This document shows, piece by piece, positions 46,530 through 56,811 of a DNA stretch of 64,000 nucleotides. The notes beneath the pieces are model-generated. The model saw only the letters and a list, made by a program, of their open reading frames with translations. It did no database searches and was not told where the DNA came from. Positions within the stretch are counted from its first letter, which is position 1. Each line of letters starts with the position of its first letter. Location of the stretch: IMG/VR virus record IMGVR_UViG_3300003690_002253, one strand, 5' to 3'. This DNA is from an uncultured virus (IMG/VR IMGVR_UViG_3300003690_002253). Lineage: Duplodnaviria > Heunggongvirae > Uroviricota > Caudoviricetes. The translations under genes were made by a program, and so were the position numbers.

Positions 46530-47468
46530 TCAATTTTTAACTGCGGATTTCGCCTCGTTCCACTCAGGAGTATCGGGAAGTCTGCGATCCCAATCCGCCG
46601 GAGGTAACTCAGAGAGAAACCAGTTAGGCCAACTTTCAATGTTTTCGCTGATAACGCAAGCAGCTGCATCCTTGCCGGACACATCAATCTTTGTCCGGTT
46701 AGAAAACCTGTAACCTGCCAGCAATTTCTCTATAAGTTTTGTCTCTGCAAGTATTTCTTCCCGACACCACGTGGCTGGCAAATCACTCCCCTGCCGACGA
46801 TGAAAATGCTGCCCGCGAAAATTGTCTCCATTAGAGCACTGCATAAACAGCAAACACAGATCAACGTCTTGAACGTGAGTATATTGCTGCTCTGGGAAAG
46901 AAGATGCGAACACAGACACCATACGATCATTCCACAAGATGCGCCCCGCATGACGTCCCACATCCAGAGGAGGAAACATTCTCCTATGGAACATTAAACT
47001 GCTAGTACAACAACGTTCAGCAGCATCACCACCCGGTTGGGAATAATCTGTGACGTATAACTCGTCACTGTCGTAGAAGTAATAAAACGACTTGGAAAAA
47101 ACAGAAGGATACTCACGAGAGTACTCCAGCTGCGCGGCTAAACGAGTAGGATGTGACAAGTTATCGTCATCCCAGACGACAATGTAATCCCCCGAGCACA
47201 AGGAGACCCCGTAAGTGGCCATCGACGTAAGTCCAACACCCTCTATCTTGCGCAAGCACACTTTCGACTTGAGTTGCTCCAGAACCTGTGAAGAATGCCG
47301 TTTATCCCTTAACCATCCCAACAACAAGGCGTGGTAGTTATTGTCATCCACTAGGATAACAAGCTCGGCATTCTCGTACGTCTGCTCCAAGAAATTATAA
47401 ACAGATCGCTGAAGTAGACCATAACGCGATGAGTGCGATATGCACAGTGCAGATATTTTGTCAGTCAT
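46530..47468 (-). CDS. GT2 family glycosyltransferase
   Basis: FLEQTYENAELVIL, GDYIVVWDDDNLSHPTRLAAQ. Confidence 0.85.
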   Translation of the reverse strand: MTDKISALCISHSSRYGLLQRSVYNFLEQTYENAELVILVDDNNYHALLLGWLRDKRHSSQVLEQLKSKVCLRKIEGVGLTSMATYGVSLCSGDYIVVWDDDNLSHPTRLAAQLEYSREYPSVFSKSFYYFYDSDELYVTDYSQPGGDAAERCCTSSLMFHRRMFPPLDVGRHAGRILWNDRMVSVFASSFPEQQYTHVQDVDLCLLFMQCSNGDNFRGQHFHRRQGSDLPATWCREEILAETKLIEKLLAGYRFSNRTKIDVSGKDAAACVISENIESWPNWFLSELPPADWDRRLPDTPEWNEAKSAVKN

Positions 47469-47476
47469 ATGCCTAC

Positions 47477-48262
47477 CTATACAAATTCTGCGGGATCAAA
47501 ATACTGCTGGACGTCTGACGGTACTCGGCTTTGTAAATATTCCCAGTGTGCTGGTCTGTTCTCAAAATCACCTTGCGTACTCGAAACGTCTCTCTTTCGG
47601 ACTCTTCGACCTCCGGGTAGATTCAAAAAACTAAAAATCTCCGATATGACCATCGAGTAGTTCGAGACAATCTCAGAATAACCTATCTCCAAGCGATCGT
47701 CACAAATACGAGATACTTTTTCATCTGTAGCTACCTGCATACGAACAAAAGAGACAAGTGCATCAATATCTATCTGCAACGGAGAATAAGCCGGATAAGC
47801 TCCAGAAAGATCACCGGGAGACTGTAAAGCCTCGCGGCGTTCCTGTTCCAAGGCCACAAAACAGGCAATTGGATTTCTTTTGATATGAACCATGCAGAAA
47901 TCACCCCGCCCACACCAGTTAGCAAAGTAATCCCACAGGTCATGTGCATGCAGATGAGGGTAAAGAACCGTTACACCAACTACCCGCTCCCCGTATCGCG
48001 GGTTATCAAATATCTTATTTGTGAGATATTGCTCACCAGATATATTACCGTCTACAAGCCAGTCCGGAGTAGTACCACTAGGTCCGAAATACCTTTCATG
48101 GTACTCTCGCCGCTCCGAATCGTGCTCAGTCAAAAGAGGAGCATGACACGTGATTAAGGGATGCCTGATTAAAGCAGCTTGAATAGCCGAAGCGCCACAC
48201 CTTACCGGCCCTGTTATGACAAAGTTAAGCACTTCGGGGGCATTTGATTTTGACAGCCCCAT
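47477..48262 (-). CDS. Sulfotransferase (Stf0/NodH-like)
   Basis: FVITGPVRCGAS 5'-PSB-like loop, HIKRNPIACFV, LEIGYSEI. Confidence 0.7.
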   Translation of the reverse strand: MGLSKSNAPEVLNFVITGPVRCGASAIQAALIRHPLITCHAPLLTEHDSERREYHERYFGPSGTTPDWLVDGNISGEQYLTNKIFDNPRYGERVVGVTVLYPHLHAHDLWDYFANWCGRGDFCMVHIKRNPIACFVALEQERREALQSPGDLSGAYPAYSPLQIDIDALVSFVRMQVATDEKVSRICDDRLEIGYSEIVSNYSMVISEIFSFLNLPGGRRVRKRDVSSTQGDFENRPAHWEYLQSRVPSDVQQYFDPAEFV

Positions 48263-48279
48263 ACAAAAGTCCTCAACTA

Positions 48280-49107
48280 TTAGCTTGTGGCTCCGACAGG
48301 TCCCATGGTTTTAATACTCGCTGTGAGTCCGGCGCGTTCCATGACATCTTTGATGTAATCAAGATAGTCTGAAGGAATGTTACCGCAAACACGCCCATCA
48401 TATTGAGACTTGGCAAATTCCCCGAAAAAACGTTCCCTCGAAGACTTGTTGCGTGTGTGGTAATAGGCAATCGTTAAACAAGGCCCCGGAAACCAATCCA
48501 GTGCGTTATCCAGAATAATCTTGTTGCTGCCAAAGACCCGAGTAATAAACTCGTCATCCTCACCCGCCTCTACCATGTCAGCATCATACAGGTGGGGAGA
48601 ACCATTGGAAGCCAACCGAGGAAACAAAACAGTATTCGGAATACCGGATGAATCTTCATAAATGCACAGTGTATGTCGATCAATGTCTACACGGACTTGT
48701 TGGTTTGCCATAACGCAAGAACCATCCCGCCGCACAGCCATCTGCATAAACATCCGATGAAGATGACTATGATCGTCATCGTCGAACGGCATCACCCATT
48801 CTCCGTCCGCCTCCTCGATACCCCTGTTCCGAAGCGAACCAATCGTCGGATATTCAATTGGATCAACGCGGTACTCTCGAAGCGTGGGCCATTGCTGATC
48901 AAGCACGGCTTTATTCGGAGCTGCATTAATAATAACGACTTCTTTGTTCGGATAAGTCTGTCGCAAAAACGAAGACACAGAGGAACGAGCAAGATTAATG
49001 CGCTCGTCATCACCCACGACGAGGATACCGGAAACAAGGGGTATCCCCATTTCAGCACCATTACGACCCGACGCAGTCGGGGCATCAACAGGATCAACCA
49101 TCGACAT
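48280..49107 (-). CDS. GT2 family glycosyltransferase
   Basis: LRQTYPNKEVVII, LRNRGIEEADGEWVMPFDDDD, GEDDEF. Confidence 0.88.
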   Translation of the reverse strand: MSMVDPVDAPTASGRNGAEMGIPLVSGILVVGDDERINLARSSVSSFLRQTYPNKEVVIINAAPNKAVLDQQWPTLREYRVDPIEYPTIGSLRNRGIEEADGEWVMPFDDDDHSHLHRMFMQMAVRRDGSCVMANQQVRVDIDRHTLCIYEDSSGIPNTVLFPRLASNGSPHLYDADMVEAGEDDEFITRVFGSNKIILDNALDWFPGPCLTIAYYHTRNKSSRERFFGEFAKSQYDGRVCGNIPSDYLDYIKDVMERAGLTASIKTMGPVGATS

Positions 49108-49199
49108 AATAAACTCCTTTTTGTGCGGTGGAACTACAAATTAGCTGCCCAGACCATGAACGAAGTGTAACCCAAAGGGGAACGTCTGACAAGGAATAA

Positions 49200-49481
49200 C
49201 TAAGACAACAGTTCTACCTCAAAACCATCTTCAGGAACAATTGCTTCCTCGGGGAACAAGACGAAGTCAATCTCGTACACCCACATAGACCCCGCATTAT
49301 CTCGATCAATTATACGCATAAAAACGAAAGAACCCATGCCCATGGAAATGTCGTAATATTCCTTGCTTACAAGGATATTACGATTGGAGGAACGTCCATC
49401 TACAGAAACCAAGAAATTACGGCTCTTGGTTGCCGAATCGGCGACAGGCAATGTGATTCTAAAGAGGTTTTTACTGTACAT
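49200..49481 (-). CDS. Hypothetical protein
   Basis: 93 aa ORF. Confidence 0.5.
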   Translation of the reverse strand: MYSKNLFRITLPVADSATKSRNFLVSVDGRSSNRNILVSKEYYDISMGMGSFVFMRIIDRDNAGSMWVYEIDFVLFPEEAIVPEDGFEVELLS

Positions 49482-49849
49482 GCCCCAAGAGTAACATCAA
49501 TTGCCCAAAGCCACAAAAAAATTAGGCGTCACGGAGGGATTTTCACCCGTCACGATTGTGGACACAACCATAACTAGCCATATGTGTTAAAAAACTCACG
49601 CAGAGTTCGGAGGGAGTTTCAACACGACTATCATCTTCGGCAAACACCAAACGCAACTCGTCACCTCCCAATGGGACTCTTCAGTTGTGAGACCAAACGA
49701 GCTTACCGAGGTGAATCGGGAAATTGCACCCGGTACCATTGAAAAATGTCCGCGTTGCTGCCTGTCTCGGAGCCTGATGTCCATACCAATCCTCCAAGAG
49801 CCCACCAACGTCTTCATTAGACCACGCAACACCTTTATAGCTAGCACGC

Positions 49850-49878
49850 AAGTTATCAGACTAGAAATTAAGTGTCAA
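49850..49878 (-). promoter_or_regulatory. Sigma70-like promoter
   Basis: Minus strand TTGACA-N17-TAACTT with TG extension. Confidence 0.5.
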
Positions 49879-49895
49879 GCAACTCCCGGTACAAA

Positions 49896-51119
49896 TCAGC
49901 CCTTCTTGCCCCAACCATTCCTGAGAAGGCGAATAGCATTTCCGCCAAGTATATTCCGAATATCGTCATCAGAATACTTTGGGCTATCGGGAGAACGCCA
50001 AACAGATGCCAATTCTCTTGTAAGACGTGGCATCTGTGACATATCGGTAAGCTCATCAGGCGGATCGGTCATCCCGTCAAAATCAGAACCGATCGCAGCT
50101 GTCTTCACGCCACCAAATTGCGTAATTCGGTCGATGGTCTGCATGATGTACTTCATGCCCATCTTCGTATCCACAGGCGACAACCAGTAGTTCATGAAAA
50201 TAACACCAACCACACACCCATGATTCCCCATCCAGCTAAGTTCCCAATCCTGAAGAGTGTAAGGATCAGGGTTAATAGCGTGAGCACCCGTATGCGTCGC
50301 TACTAGGCACTCTTCCTTTTTATGATGCTCCACAAGCTGGTAAACGCGTGCGCGAGCTGGGGGAGTCATATGAGTGATATCTATCAGCATGCCCAATTCC
50401 AGCATGCGCTCCACGACTACTTCACCTATCGGCGTAAGTCCTTTTGTGTGATCCCACTTATCCAGCAATCCCTTCCAGCGGGATAACCTGAGGCCATATT
50501 CAGGGTATGGAAACACAGGAGACTCAATACAGGCATTCGGATAGAAGTGACCAAGCGTAAGGTATACGACGCCCCGGTCATAAAGAGTCTGTAAGTTACT
50601 AAGAACTTCATTCTCATGTTGCAAAGTCTGTCCGTCAAAGTCCGCTATCTCTTTACCACACTCATCGCCGTGAAGACTGTGTGCTCCCTCTACCGAATGA
50701 ATCACACCCATATAGCCATCAGCTATTGTCGCATCCAGCTCGCGCACATTTGTGATATGTCGAACACGGCGAACACAAGGAGATGTACCGGCATCAACCT
50801 TGCGGTTATGACGATCTATCTGCCCTTCGATATCATCTAAAGACTGTATCGTAAGATCAAAATACGGCTGCTTGAACAGGCGGCGGTAAGCAACAGGCTT
50901 CAACCAGCTCAGCCACTTGATAATAGGGATATCCGTTAGCCACCCCATTTCCGGGGCATAGATGGTGGACAATATGATATCCACCCCGCCCGCTTCCATC
51001 TTAGGAAAGTCTGTCCGTGTGGTAGCGGGCCAAGCCGACTTACCGAACAACTTCATAAGGAACTTACGCTTGTTGTCGGTAGATAGATCCAGTTTTCGCC
51101 AGCTTTCCATTCTTCTCAC
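49896..51119 (-). CDS. Membrane dipeptidase family (peptidase M19) protein
   Basis: SVEGAH, YLTLGH, GLTPIG, MLIDITH, VATH, AIGSDFDG, ILGGNAIRL. Confidence 0.88.
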   Translation of the reverse strand: MRRMESWRKLDLSTDNKRKFLMKLFGKSAWPATTRTDFPKMEAGGVDIILSTIYAPEMGWLTDIPIIKWLSWLKPVAYRRLFKQPYFDLTIQSLDDIEGQIDRHNRKVDAGTSPCVRRVRHITNVRELDATIADGYMGVIHSVEGAHSLHGDECGKEIADFDGQTLQHENEVLSNLQTLYDRGVVYLTLGHFYPNACIESPVFPYPEYGLRLSRWKGLLDKWDHTKGLTPIGEVVVERMLELGMLIDITHMTPPARARVYQLVEHHKKEECLVATHTGAHAINPDPYTLQDWELSWMGNHGCVVGVIFMNYWLSPVDTKMGMKYIMQTIDRITQFGGVKTAAIGSDFDGMTDPPDELTDMSQMPRLTRELASVWRSPDSPKYSDDDIRNILGGNAIRLLRNGWGKKG

Positions 51120-51475
51120 TTATCCTCGTCAGTAAAAACACGCCACACTTTCGCGTAGGCGGCTCCCCAACTATCTCGGTGTGCGTCTTCATCATCGGCA
51201 TGGCCGTTCTCCGTCATGTCTACGGCATGTGCCCACTCATGTAACAGTGTATCAATTGCTATCTCTACCTCCAAACCCCTCACTATATCAATAACAAATC
51301 GGGTGATCCTTTTTCTGGTGTTAAAATGGGCCATACATTGCCCAAACAGGTCTTCTCCGGTGTCGTCACACACAAGATTAACCTTGGTGCGGACCACCAC
51401 AGGCACAGAAATAGGCAACTTATCTCGCAGCAGGCGTAAAGCTTTGTCGAATTGTTCCCCATATTTGCTACTCAT
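51116..51475 (-). CDS. Small HExxH zinc metallopeptidase-like protein
   Basis: DTLLHEWAHA...AHRDSW. Confidence 0.75.
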   Translation of the reverse strand: MSSKYGEQFDKALRLLRDKLPISVPVVVRTKVNLVCDDTGEDLFGQCMAHFNTRKRITRFVIDIVRGLEVEIAIDTLLHEWAHAVDMTENGHADDEDAHRDSWGAAYAKVWRVFTDEDK

Positions 51476-51481
51476 AAGTTA

Positions 51482-52231
51482 CTATCTCTTTCGCTTTCGA
51501 TGCTTGTGTAACTTACCATGATAGACATACTCGTAATCGGTCACACAAACCTGTTCCACGTGAAATATATCCCCGTGAAACCACACCACAGACCACCCAT
51601 TCTGCCAATCCGGGCATGTTACATATTCCGGGTCCAAAGTGCAGAGACAACCATTCTCCCAAGCACCCAACATCGTGTCATAGGTACGGTGATAGTGTGC
51701 TCCCAGACGATGTGTATGTCCGTGAATGACGTTACAACCGAACTTATCCATGTGGCCCTTGGCCGAAGCACCACTAGCGCGGCGAACCAGCTCACCGTGG
51801 ATGAACAAGAGCTTCCCTATGCGATAGGGCTTACTCGCATCAACCCATTCAATCCTGTACTTATCAAGCCCTAACAGCTCCTCAAAAGTAAGGCTGCGTA
51901 AGTCACTGAGGGCCTGCGCTTGACTCCACAAATACCGCCGCAGACGGTTCTCGTGGTTGCCCTCGGAATAGATAATGCGGGCCTTAGGGCACACACTGCG
52001 CAGACGCTCAAAATACCGCGCTGCGTCATCTAACTCATCCTGCAAACTCTCTCGACGTGCAGGATTTTTGTCAAAGCGAGACAGACTGTAAAAATCAAGG
52101 ACATCGCCTAAAAGGTGAATGACCTTAGGTTTATGTTCCCTTAGGAACTCGATTGTCAGATCTTCAATTACCGGATCGTGGAAAGGAATATGTTGATCCG
52201 ACAGCACGACGTGCATCTGAGTGGTAGGCAT
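51482..52231 (-). CDS. Calcineurin-like metallophosphoesterase
   Basis: SDQH, GDVLD, GNHE, HG, GHTH. Confidence 0.9.
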   Translation of the reverse strand: MPTTQMHVVLSDQHIPFHDPVIEDLTIEFLREHKPKVIHLLGDVLDFYSLSRFDKNPARRESLQDELDDAARYFERLRSVCPKARIIYSEGNHENRLRRYLWSQAQALSDLRSLTFEELLGLDKYRIEWVDASKPYRIGKLLFIHGELVRRASGASAKGHMDKFGCNVIHGHTHRLGAHYHRTYDTMLGAWENGCLCTLDPEYVTCPDWQNGWSVVWFHGDIFHVEQVCVTDYEYVYHGKLHKHRKRKR

Positions 52232-52315
52232 TCACTGTTCCCTCCTTGGTTCGTGAATAGTCCAAGCCTACCAAAAGGTTAGCAGCTTAACCCCATTGGT
52301 TGGAAGAGATGTTTG

Positions 52316-53383
52316 CTATGAATCCCATAACCACTCCGGGTGTAAGTTGTACCACCTAATGATACGCTCCAATGTGTCGTCAAACGTAAAAGGCGCTTTG
52401 AAACCCTCCGCTTTTAAATTGTTGTCAATTAGTGCATAACGACGATCATAACCGGGACGCACATCGTCCCCCCGTACCAGAGAATACTTCAGCGGTTTAT
52501 CTAACTTAGCAGCCAGTTTCTTCGCCAAAGCCAGAACGTCAAGTTCCGTATCTCCGATAACGTGAAAACGCTTAGGACGCGTATCCAGTTCACATACTGA
52601 CGGCTCCACGTTCTTACAAATGTAAGTCAATGCTGCCGCCATGTTCTTCGCATCTATCCATACTCGCTTGGCTATCCTGTCAGGCCCATCCCCGTGAATA
52701 GTCATTTCCTCGTCCGCCGTAATTTTCACCAAGGCCTTGGGAAGAAACTTTTCCGGGTCCTGCATCTCACCAATAACGTTCATGGTGTTGGTGATCATTA
52801 TAGGCAATAAGTACGTGCGCCAGTAAGAGATAGTTAAAGCTTCTTGAGCTGCTTTGCTAGCAGAATAAGGATTACTCGGTAAAATCGTATCCCATTCTGC
52901 GTGACCCGGACCATCCCACCCCGCATCTCCATATACCTCGTCAGTACTTACCTGAATAAACTTTTTGAGACCCGGACTTGCCCATCTTGCTAATTCCAGC
53001 ATGTTGTATATAAGCTTGCAGTTATTCAGCCAGCAGGTACCCGGATCAGAAATACTCCGGGTAACATGGCTATCGCTCGCCATGTTGATGATGTAATCAA
53101 TCGAATTATCGCCCAGATCCCGCTCCAGTTTCCCCTTGAAGCTCTCGCTAAACTCCTCAGCGAGGTCCCACGTGTACACGGATAGGCGTTCCCCCATCTC
53201 AGGGTCCAAATCACCAAGAACCTGCGTTAGACGCTGCCTGTCGGCCTTGTGTGATGCTTTCCAGCTGTCAATCCCTATCAGATGCCAGTCTGTATTCTTC
53301 AAGATCCATCCAGTAGTGTGTGAGCCTATGAAGCCCCCAATGCCCGTCAAAAGAACATGCGTCATGACCAGTCTCCTATACAA
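52316..53383 (-). CDS. rmlB: dTDP-glucose 4,6-dehydratase-like NAD-dependent enzyme
   Basis: TGIGGFIGS, SHVTRSI, STDEVYG, PYSASK, RPGYDRRY. Confidence 0.88.
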   Translation of the reverse strand: MYRRLVMTHVLLTGIGGFIGSHTTGWILKNTDWHLIGIDSWKASHKADRQRLTQVLGDLDPEMGERLSVYTWDLAEEFSESFKGKLERDLGDNSIDYIINMASDSHVTRSISDPGTCWLNNCKLIYNMLELARWASPGLKKFIQVSTDEVYGDAGWDGPGHAEWDTILPSNPYSASKAAQEALTISYWRTYLLPIMITNTMNVIGEMQDPEKFLPKALVKITADEEMTIHGDGPDRIAKRVWIDAKNMAAALTYICKNVEPSVCELDTRPKRFHVIGDTELDVLALAKKLAAKLDKPLKYSLVRGDDVRPGYDRRYALIDNNLKAEGFKAPFTFDDTLERIIRWYNLHPEWLWDS

Positions 53384-53407
53384 TCCTTCTTAAATTTCAC
53401 AATTTAC

Positions 53408-53650
53408 CTATCGCGGAGGGTCGACTGACGGACCAAGATCAACGTTTCTAACAGCATGAGAGGAATTCCTCACACTCCTGTCTTTCTGTTTGCGACCATA
53501 CATCTTTGTAAGTCTAATGTCAGCGTAGCAATCTTCACACCAATCATTATAAACCGGATGTGAATCTCGCATACGACAACAACGACACTTCTCCTTGCTA
53601 GGCTCTTCCATGAATTCTACTCGAATACAGCATATTGTTCCGGGTTCCAC
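53408..53650 (-). CDS. Small Cys-rich hypothetical protein
   Basis: CRCC...CEDC; start uncertain. Confidence 0.45.
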   Translation of the reverse strand: MEPGTICCIRVEFMEEPSKEKCRCCRMRDSHPVYNDWCEDCYADIRLTKMYGRKQKDRSVRNSSHAVRNVDLGPSVDPPR

Positions 53651-54543
53651 CCCGCCAAAGTTCCAACAAATTCGGCAGGGTTACTCATCAACTCCTTAGT
53701 GTTTTGCTCCCACGGGTAATCGGGATCAATATAATCAGTGGCGTAATGATGTCTACCGTAGCGCAATGTATCCCACGGTTGTCCCGTTTCACTGCGTGGC
53801 GGCATCGCCCTGCCTTCAAACCCCGGCTCCTTGTTGAATATCTTTGACGCTAATCCAAAGCCACTAGAGTTCGTGAACTTACTGTGCCTGCACGCGCCAA
53901 ATGTGTGGTGATAGAACATGTCATAGTAAACACCGTAAGCCACAGGATGAATGTTGACTTTGTTAGTGCGAATGAGCGGCCACACCAAATTTCTTAATTG
54001 TCCCTGAAAAGCTCCTATTCCAACATCCAGCTCATCATGATTCATAAAGTCAGAAGCAGGTAGTAAATCCAGCCCGAAGTGCAAAGAATCCAAACTGTCT
54101 TGCGTTGCAAACAAGACAGAAGCATGCCACCGGTATTCCAAGTTCTCGGGGCGCACAACTACTGCAATTTGCCTACCGTGCATATCCATTTTAAACACGA
54201 GAGATCGTAACCACTCTTTGCGAATAGGAAAAGCATCATTGTCCAAAAACAAGAAGCAAGTGTAAGTGTGCCTGTGCTCCTTGAAGTAAGACAATAACCC
54301 GTTCAAACCGTTAATGTGTTGCTGACTTGTAACCGTAAGAGCAGTACTAGTGTCCGACACACTGTCGTTGACAAACGTCGTGCCTAATCCCTCTAACAAG
54401 TCGTGCTTTGGGGAATTTACATACGAAACATGGTCAAAGCTGGGAGTCGTTGCCCTGAGAAACTTGAGCTGCAACTCAAGCCACTCGGCCTGATCGGGAC
54501 CTCCGTCCCTGAAGATTGAACCTACTAGTAACTGCTTTTTCAC
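53617..54543 (-). CDS. Putative GT-A glycosyltransferase
   Basis: FLFLDNDAFP DxD motif, DVG, FYHH. Confidence 0.6.
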   Translation of the reverse strand: MKKQLLVGSIFRDGGPDQAEWLELQLKFLRATTPSFDHVSYVNSPKHDLLEGLGTTFVNDSVSDTSTALTVTSQQHINGLNGLLSYFKEHRHTYTCFLFLDNDAFPIRKEWLRSLVFKMDMHGRQIAVVVRPENLEYRWHASVLFATQDSLDSLHFGLDLLPASDFMNHDELDVGIGAFQGQLRNLVWPLIRTNKVNIHPVAYGVYYDMFYHHTFGACRHSKFTNSSGFGLASKIFNKEPGFEGRAMPPRSETGQPWDTLRYGRHHYATDYIDPDYPWEQNTKELMSNPAEFVGTLAGWNPEQYAVFE

Positions 54544-54545
54544 GT

Positions 54546-55526
54546 TTACTTTCCTAACGGCAAAGCACTAATCACGTCCCCCAGACGAGAATCACCACGA
54601 GCCACTCTTACACAAATCTCACGAAACTCTGACGCCCATGACACTTCTTCACAACCATCCAAAAGTAACGATCTGCTCTCGCGCACACGCTCTTCGCACT
54701 CACTAAGATTGTCCAAAACGTATGAAATAATAGCAGGCAACTCCTCAAATGTAGCATCGCAATGCCAAACACACAATTTTGTTGGATCGTAGATATCCGG
54801 CAACGAGTAAACATTGGAACACTCCGGCTTTATTACCACGCACCCACTCAAGAAAGCACAAAAGTCCAGAGGAGAGGGCAATCCTCCGCTGACAAATATC
54901 TTTGAGTCCCCAAGCCACGACATAAAGTTCTTCTGAGGTGGAAAACCCTTAACCCAACGCTTAGCACCACCCGGTAATCCTTCCCATTGGTCCCGTAACG
55001 CATTTATCTGGTCACTTTCACATGACTTATCAGGCAACTCGTCACACACAGGCAAACTTACACGTATTTTACGAACTATATTGCCGAGAGGATCATCGTC
55101 ATGAATAGAAAAATGATCCGGTGCAGTGTCATAGCGGACAGCCCGTCGATGAACCTCCTCGTAATATTCGCTGCAACGAAAATATGCTTGCGGATCACGA
55201 AACCCGTACTTTCGGAAACACAAGCGAACCTCCGGACGCCGCAGTAAACGAAATAGTTCGGTGGATATGCCCGGAGAATCCCCTTCATCCACAACAATTA
55301 CAGGAGTTCCACGATTATCAAGCTCATGAAAAGGCGGAGAAGAGCCGAAAGAATAGACGATGACATCCGCAGCTTTTGGTGATGACAAAACCTGCAAACC
55401 CCACCATTCTCGGCATGGTTGAAAAACGTCACTAATGAATTTTCCAATGAGTCCTATGGAAATACTCGACTTAAGTATCCCAGAGCGAGGACTTTGAAAA
55501 CTTACTACCTTGTTCATTCCCATCAA
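54546..55526 (-). CDS. Putative glycosyltransferase (GT-B-like C-terminus)
   Basis: DSKIFVS...DFCAFLSGCVVIKP; island context. Confidence 0.5.
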   Translation of the reverse strand: MMGMNKVVSFQSPRSGILKSSISIGLIGKFISDVFQPCREWWGLQVLSSPKAADVIVYSFGSSPPFHELDNRGTPVIVVDEGDSPGISTELFRLLRRPEVRLCFRKYGFRDPQAYFRCSEYYEEVHRRAVRYDTAPDHFSIHDDDPLGNIVRKIRVSLPVCDELPDKSCESDQINALRDQWEGLPGGAKRWVKGFPPQKNFMSWLGDSKIFVSGGLPSPLDFCAFLSGCVVIKPECSNVYSLPDIYDPTKLCVWHCDATFEELPAIISYVLDNLSECEERVRESRSLLLDGCEEVSWASEFREICVRVARGDSRLGDVISALPLGK

Positions 55527-56151
55527 GAATGTACCCCTGAACCATTGCTGCCTCTCTGAATCTATCAGAAATAGACAGCTTCTTAATAGATTCTCCCGTT
55601 GCCTGATGTCGGCACGCAGAAGAATTACATCGAAAATTGTTGTAAACGATTCCTGTCTTGTTTTCTAAGCCAGCAGCTTCTAGAAGCGACTCGACTCCCT
55701 CTTCCGCGTGTGTTTCATGACCCGCATGACGAAGGAACTTATACCATTCACACAAGTAGTACATGGCTGCTTGTCCGGGTCTACCCCTATACCACCCATC
55801 AAGTTCAGGCACAAATCTGGTAGCAAAATGATACCAGTCCTGCGCCAAGTCATTACGGCCCGGCTGAAACATACCAAGCCAGCCAATGCTGTTTAAGGTA
55901 GCTAAAGGGTCTCTACACAATCTAACCAGTCGAATACCGGAAACTGCTGGATGCGTAAGAAAAGGAGCAGAAAACCAGCTCACTTCAACATCATGCTCAG
56001 CATGAGCAATTGACGAATGAATGTTGTGAGGGGAGCTATGCTCATTAAAAACAGAGCAGAAACCAACATCGTGGCCTGCCTGCTTAATGGACTCGTAAGC
56101 CCACCGAGTAGCTCCCCTCGCACATCCAGAGATTATTACCTCTAAAGCCAC
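55471..56151 (-). CDS. Sulfotransferase-like protein
   Basis: IISGCARGATRW, RDPLATLNS. Confidence 0.6.
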   Translation of the reverse strand: MALEVIISGCARGATRWAYESIKQAGHDVGFCSVFNEHSSPHNIHSSIAHAEHDVEVSWFSAPFLTHPAVSGIRLVRLCRDPLATLNSIGWLGMFQPGRNDLAQDWYHFATRFVPELDGWYRGRPGQAAMYYLCEWYKFLRHAGHETHAEEGVESLLEAAGLENKTGIVYNNFRCNSSACRHQATGESIKKLSISDRFREAAMVQGYILDGNEQGSKFSKSSLWDT

Positions 56152-56161
56152 AAACTCTCGC

Positions 56162-56287
56162 TTAAAATAGGAATCTTTCCCACCAGCCCATCTTAGCGCC
56201 TAAAAAATAAACACCAATCAAAGCACCACCAAGCATCATCAAACGTCGAGCAGAGTGCTTACCCAAAAAATCACGAAGTAACGCCAT
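56162..56287 (-). CDS. Small membrane peptide (41 aa, not in ORF track)
   Basis: MALLRDFLGKHSARRLMMLGGALIGVYFLGAKMGWWERFLF; GGAGG SD. Confidence 0.65.
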   Translation of the reverse strand: MALLRDFLGKHSARRLMMLGGALIGVYFLGAKMGWWERFLF

Positions 56288-56328
56288 AGTAACTTTCCTC
56301 CCTGAAAGCTAAAAAAACAAACAAACGA

Positions 56329-56781
56329 CTAACACACTGATTCACTGTCCCACTCCTCCTCAAGATGATTGATATGGCATCCAGATCGTGGTGGCCACAT
56401 CAACATCAAAAGTTCCTCCCATTCAACGACATTCAATCTCTCTTGAACCGTCAACTTCCCCCTCACCTCTAAAGCCGACAAATGCTTAAGCAACTCAACA
56501 TAGTCATTATCGCAGCGAAGCGTATATTCTTGTGCTCCCCGAAGCGGAGAAGTAGTACCTTCTTTACCTTGCGTGTAAAACCTCACCCCGGACAAAATTA
56601 CGCGAACCAGAATCGTTCCATTCCAGTAACTCGTACGCCACAGGTGCCGCCGCCGGTAGACATCCTGATAAAACTCTATCGAAATACATCCGATTCCATC
56701 TACTCGGCTGTCCGTACGATGAAACACGTATGTTTTGTCATACGGGAACATGCGTGACAACCATTTCCACAATCGTTTCAT
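56329..56781 (-). CDS. Hypothetical protein
   Basis: 150 aa, AAGGAGG SD. Confidence 0.65.
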   Translation of the reverse strand: MKRLWKWLSRMFPYDKTYVFHRTDSRVDGIGCISIEFYQDVYRRRHLWRTSYWNGTILVRVILSGVRFYTQGKEGTTSPLRGAQEYTLRCDNDYVELLKHLSALEVRGKLTVQERLNVVEWEELLMLMWPPRSGCHINHLEEEWDSESVC

Positions 56782-56811
56782 ACGAACCTCCTTGTTCGTT
56801 ACGAACGACGA

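Noticed and set aside
49525..49560. Cobalamin riboswitch suggested by GGTGAAAATCC and the B12-dependent nrdJ
   Set aside because: Flanking GGGAA and CCCGCxACTGT elements not found, and it is 10 kb from nrdJ
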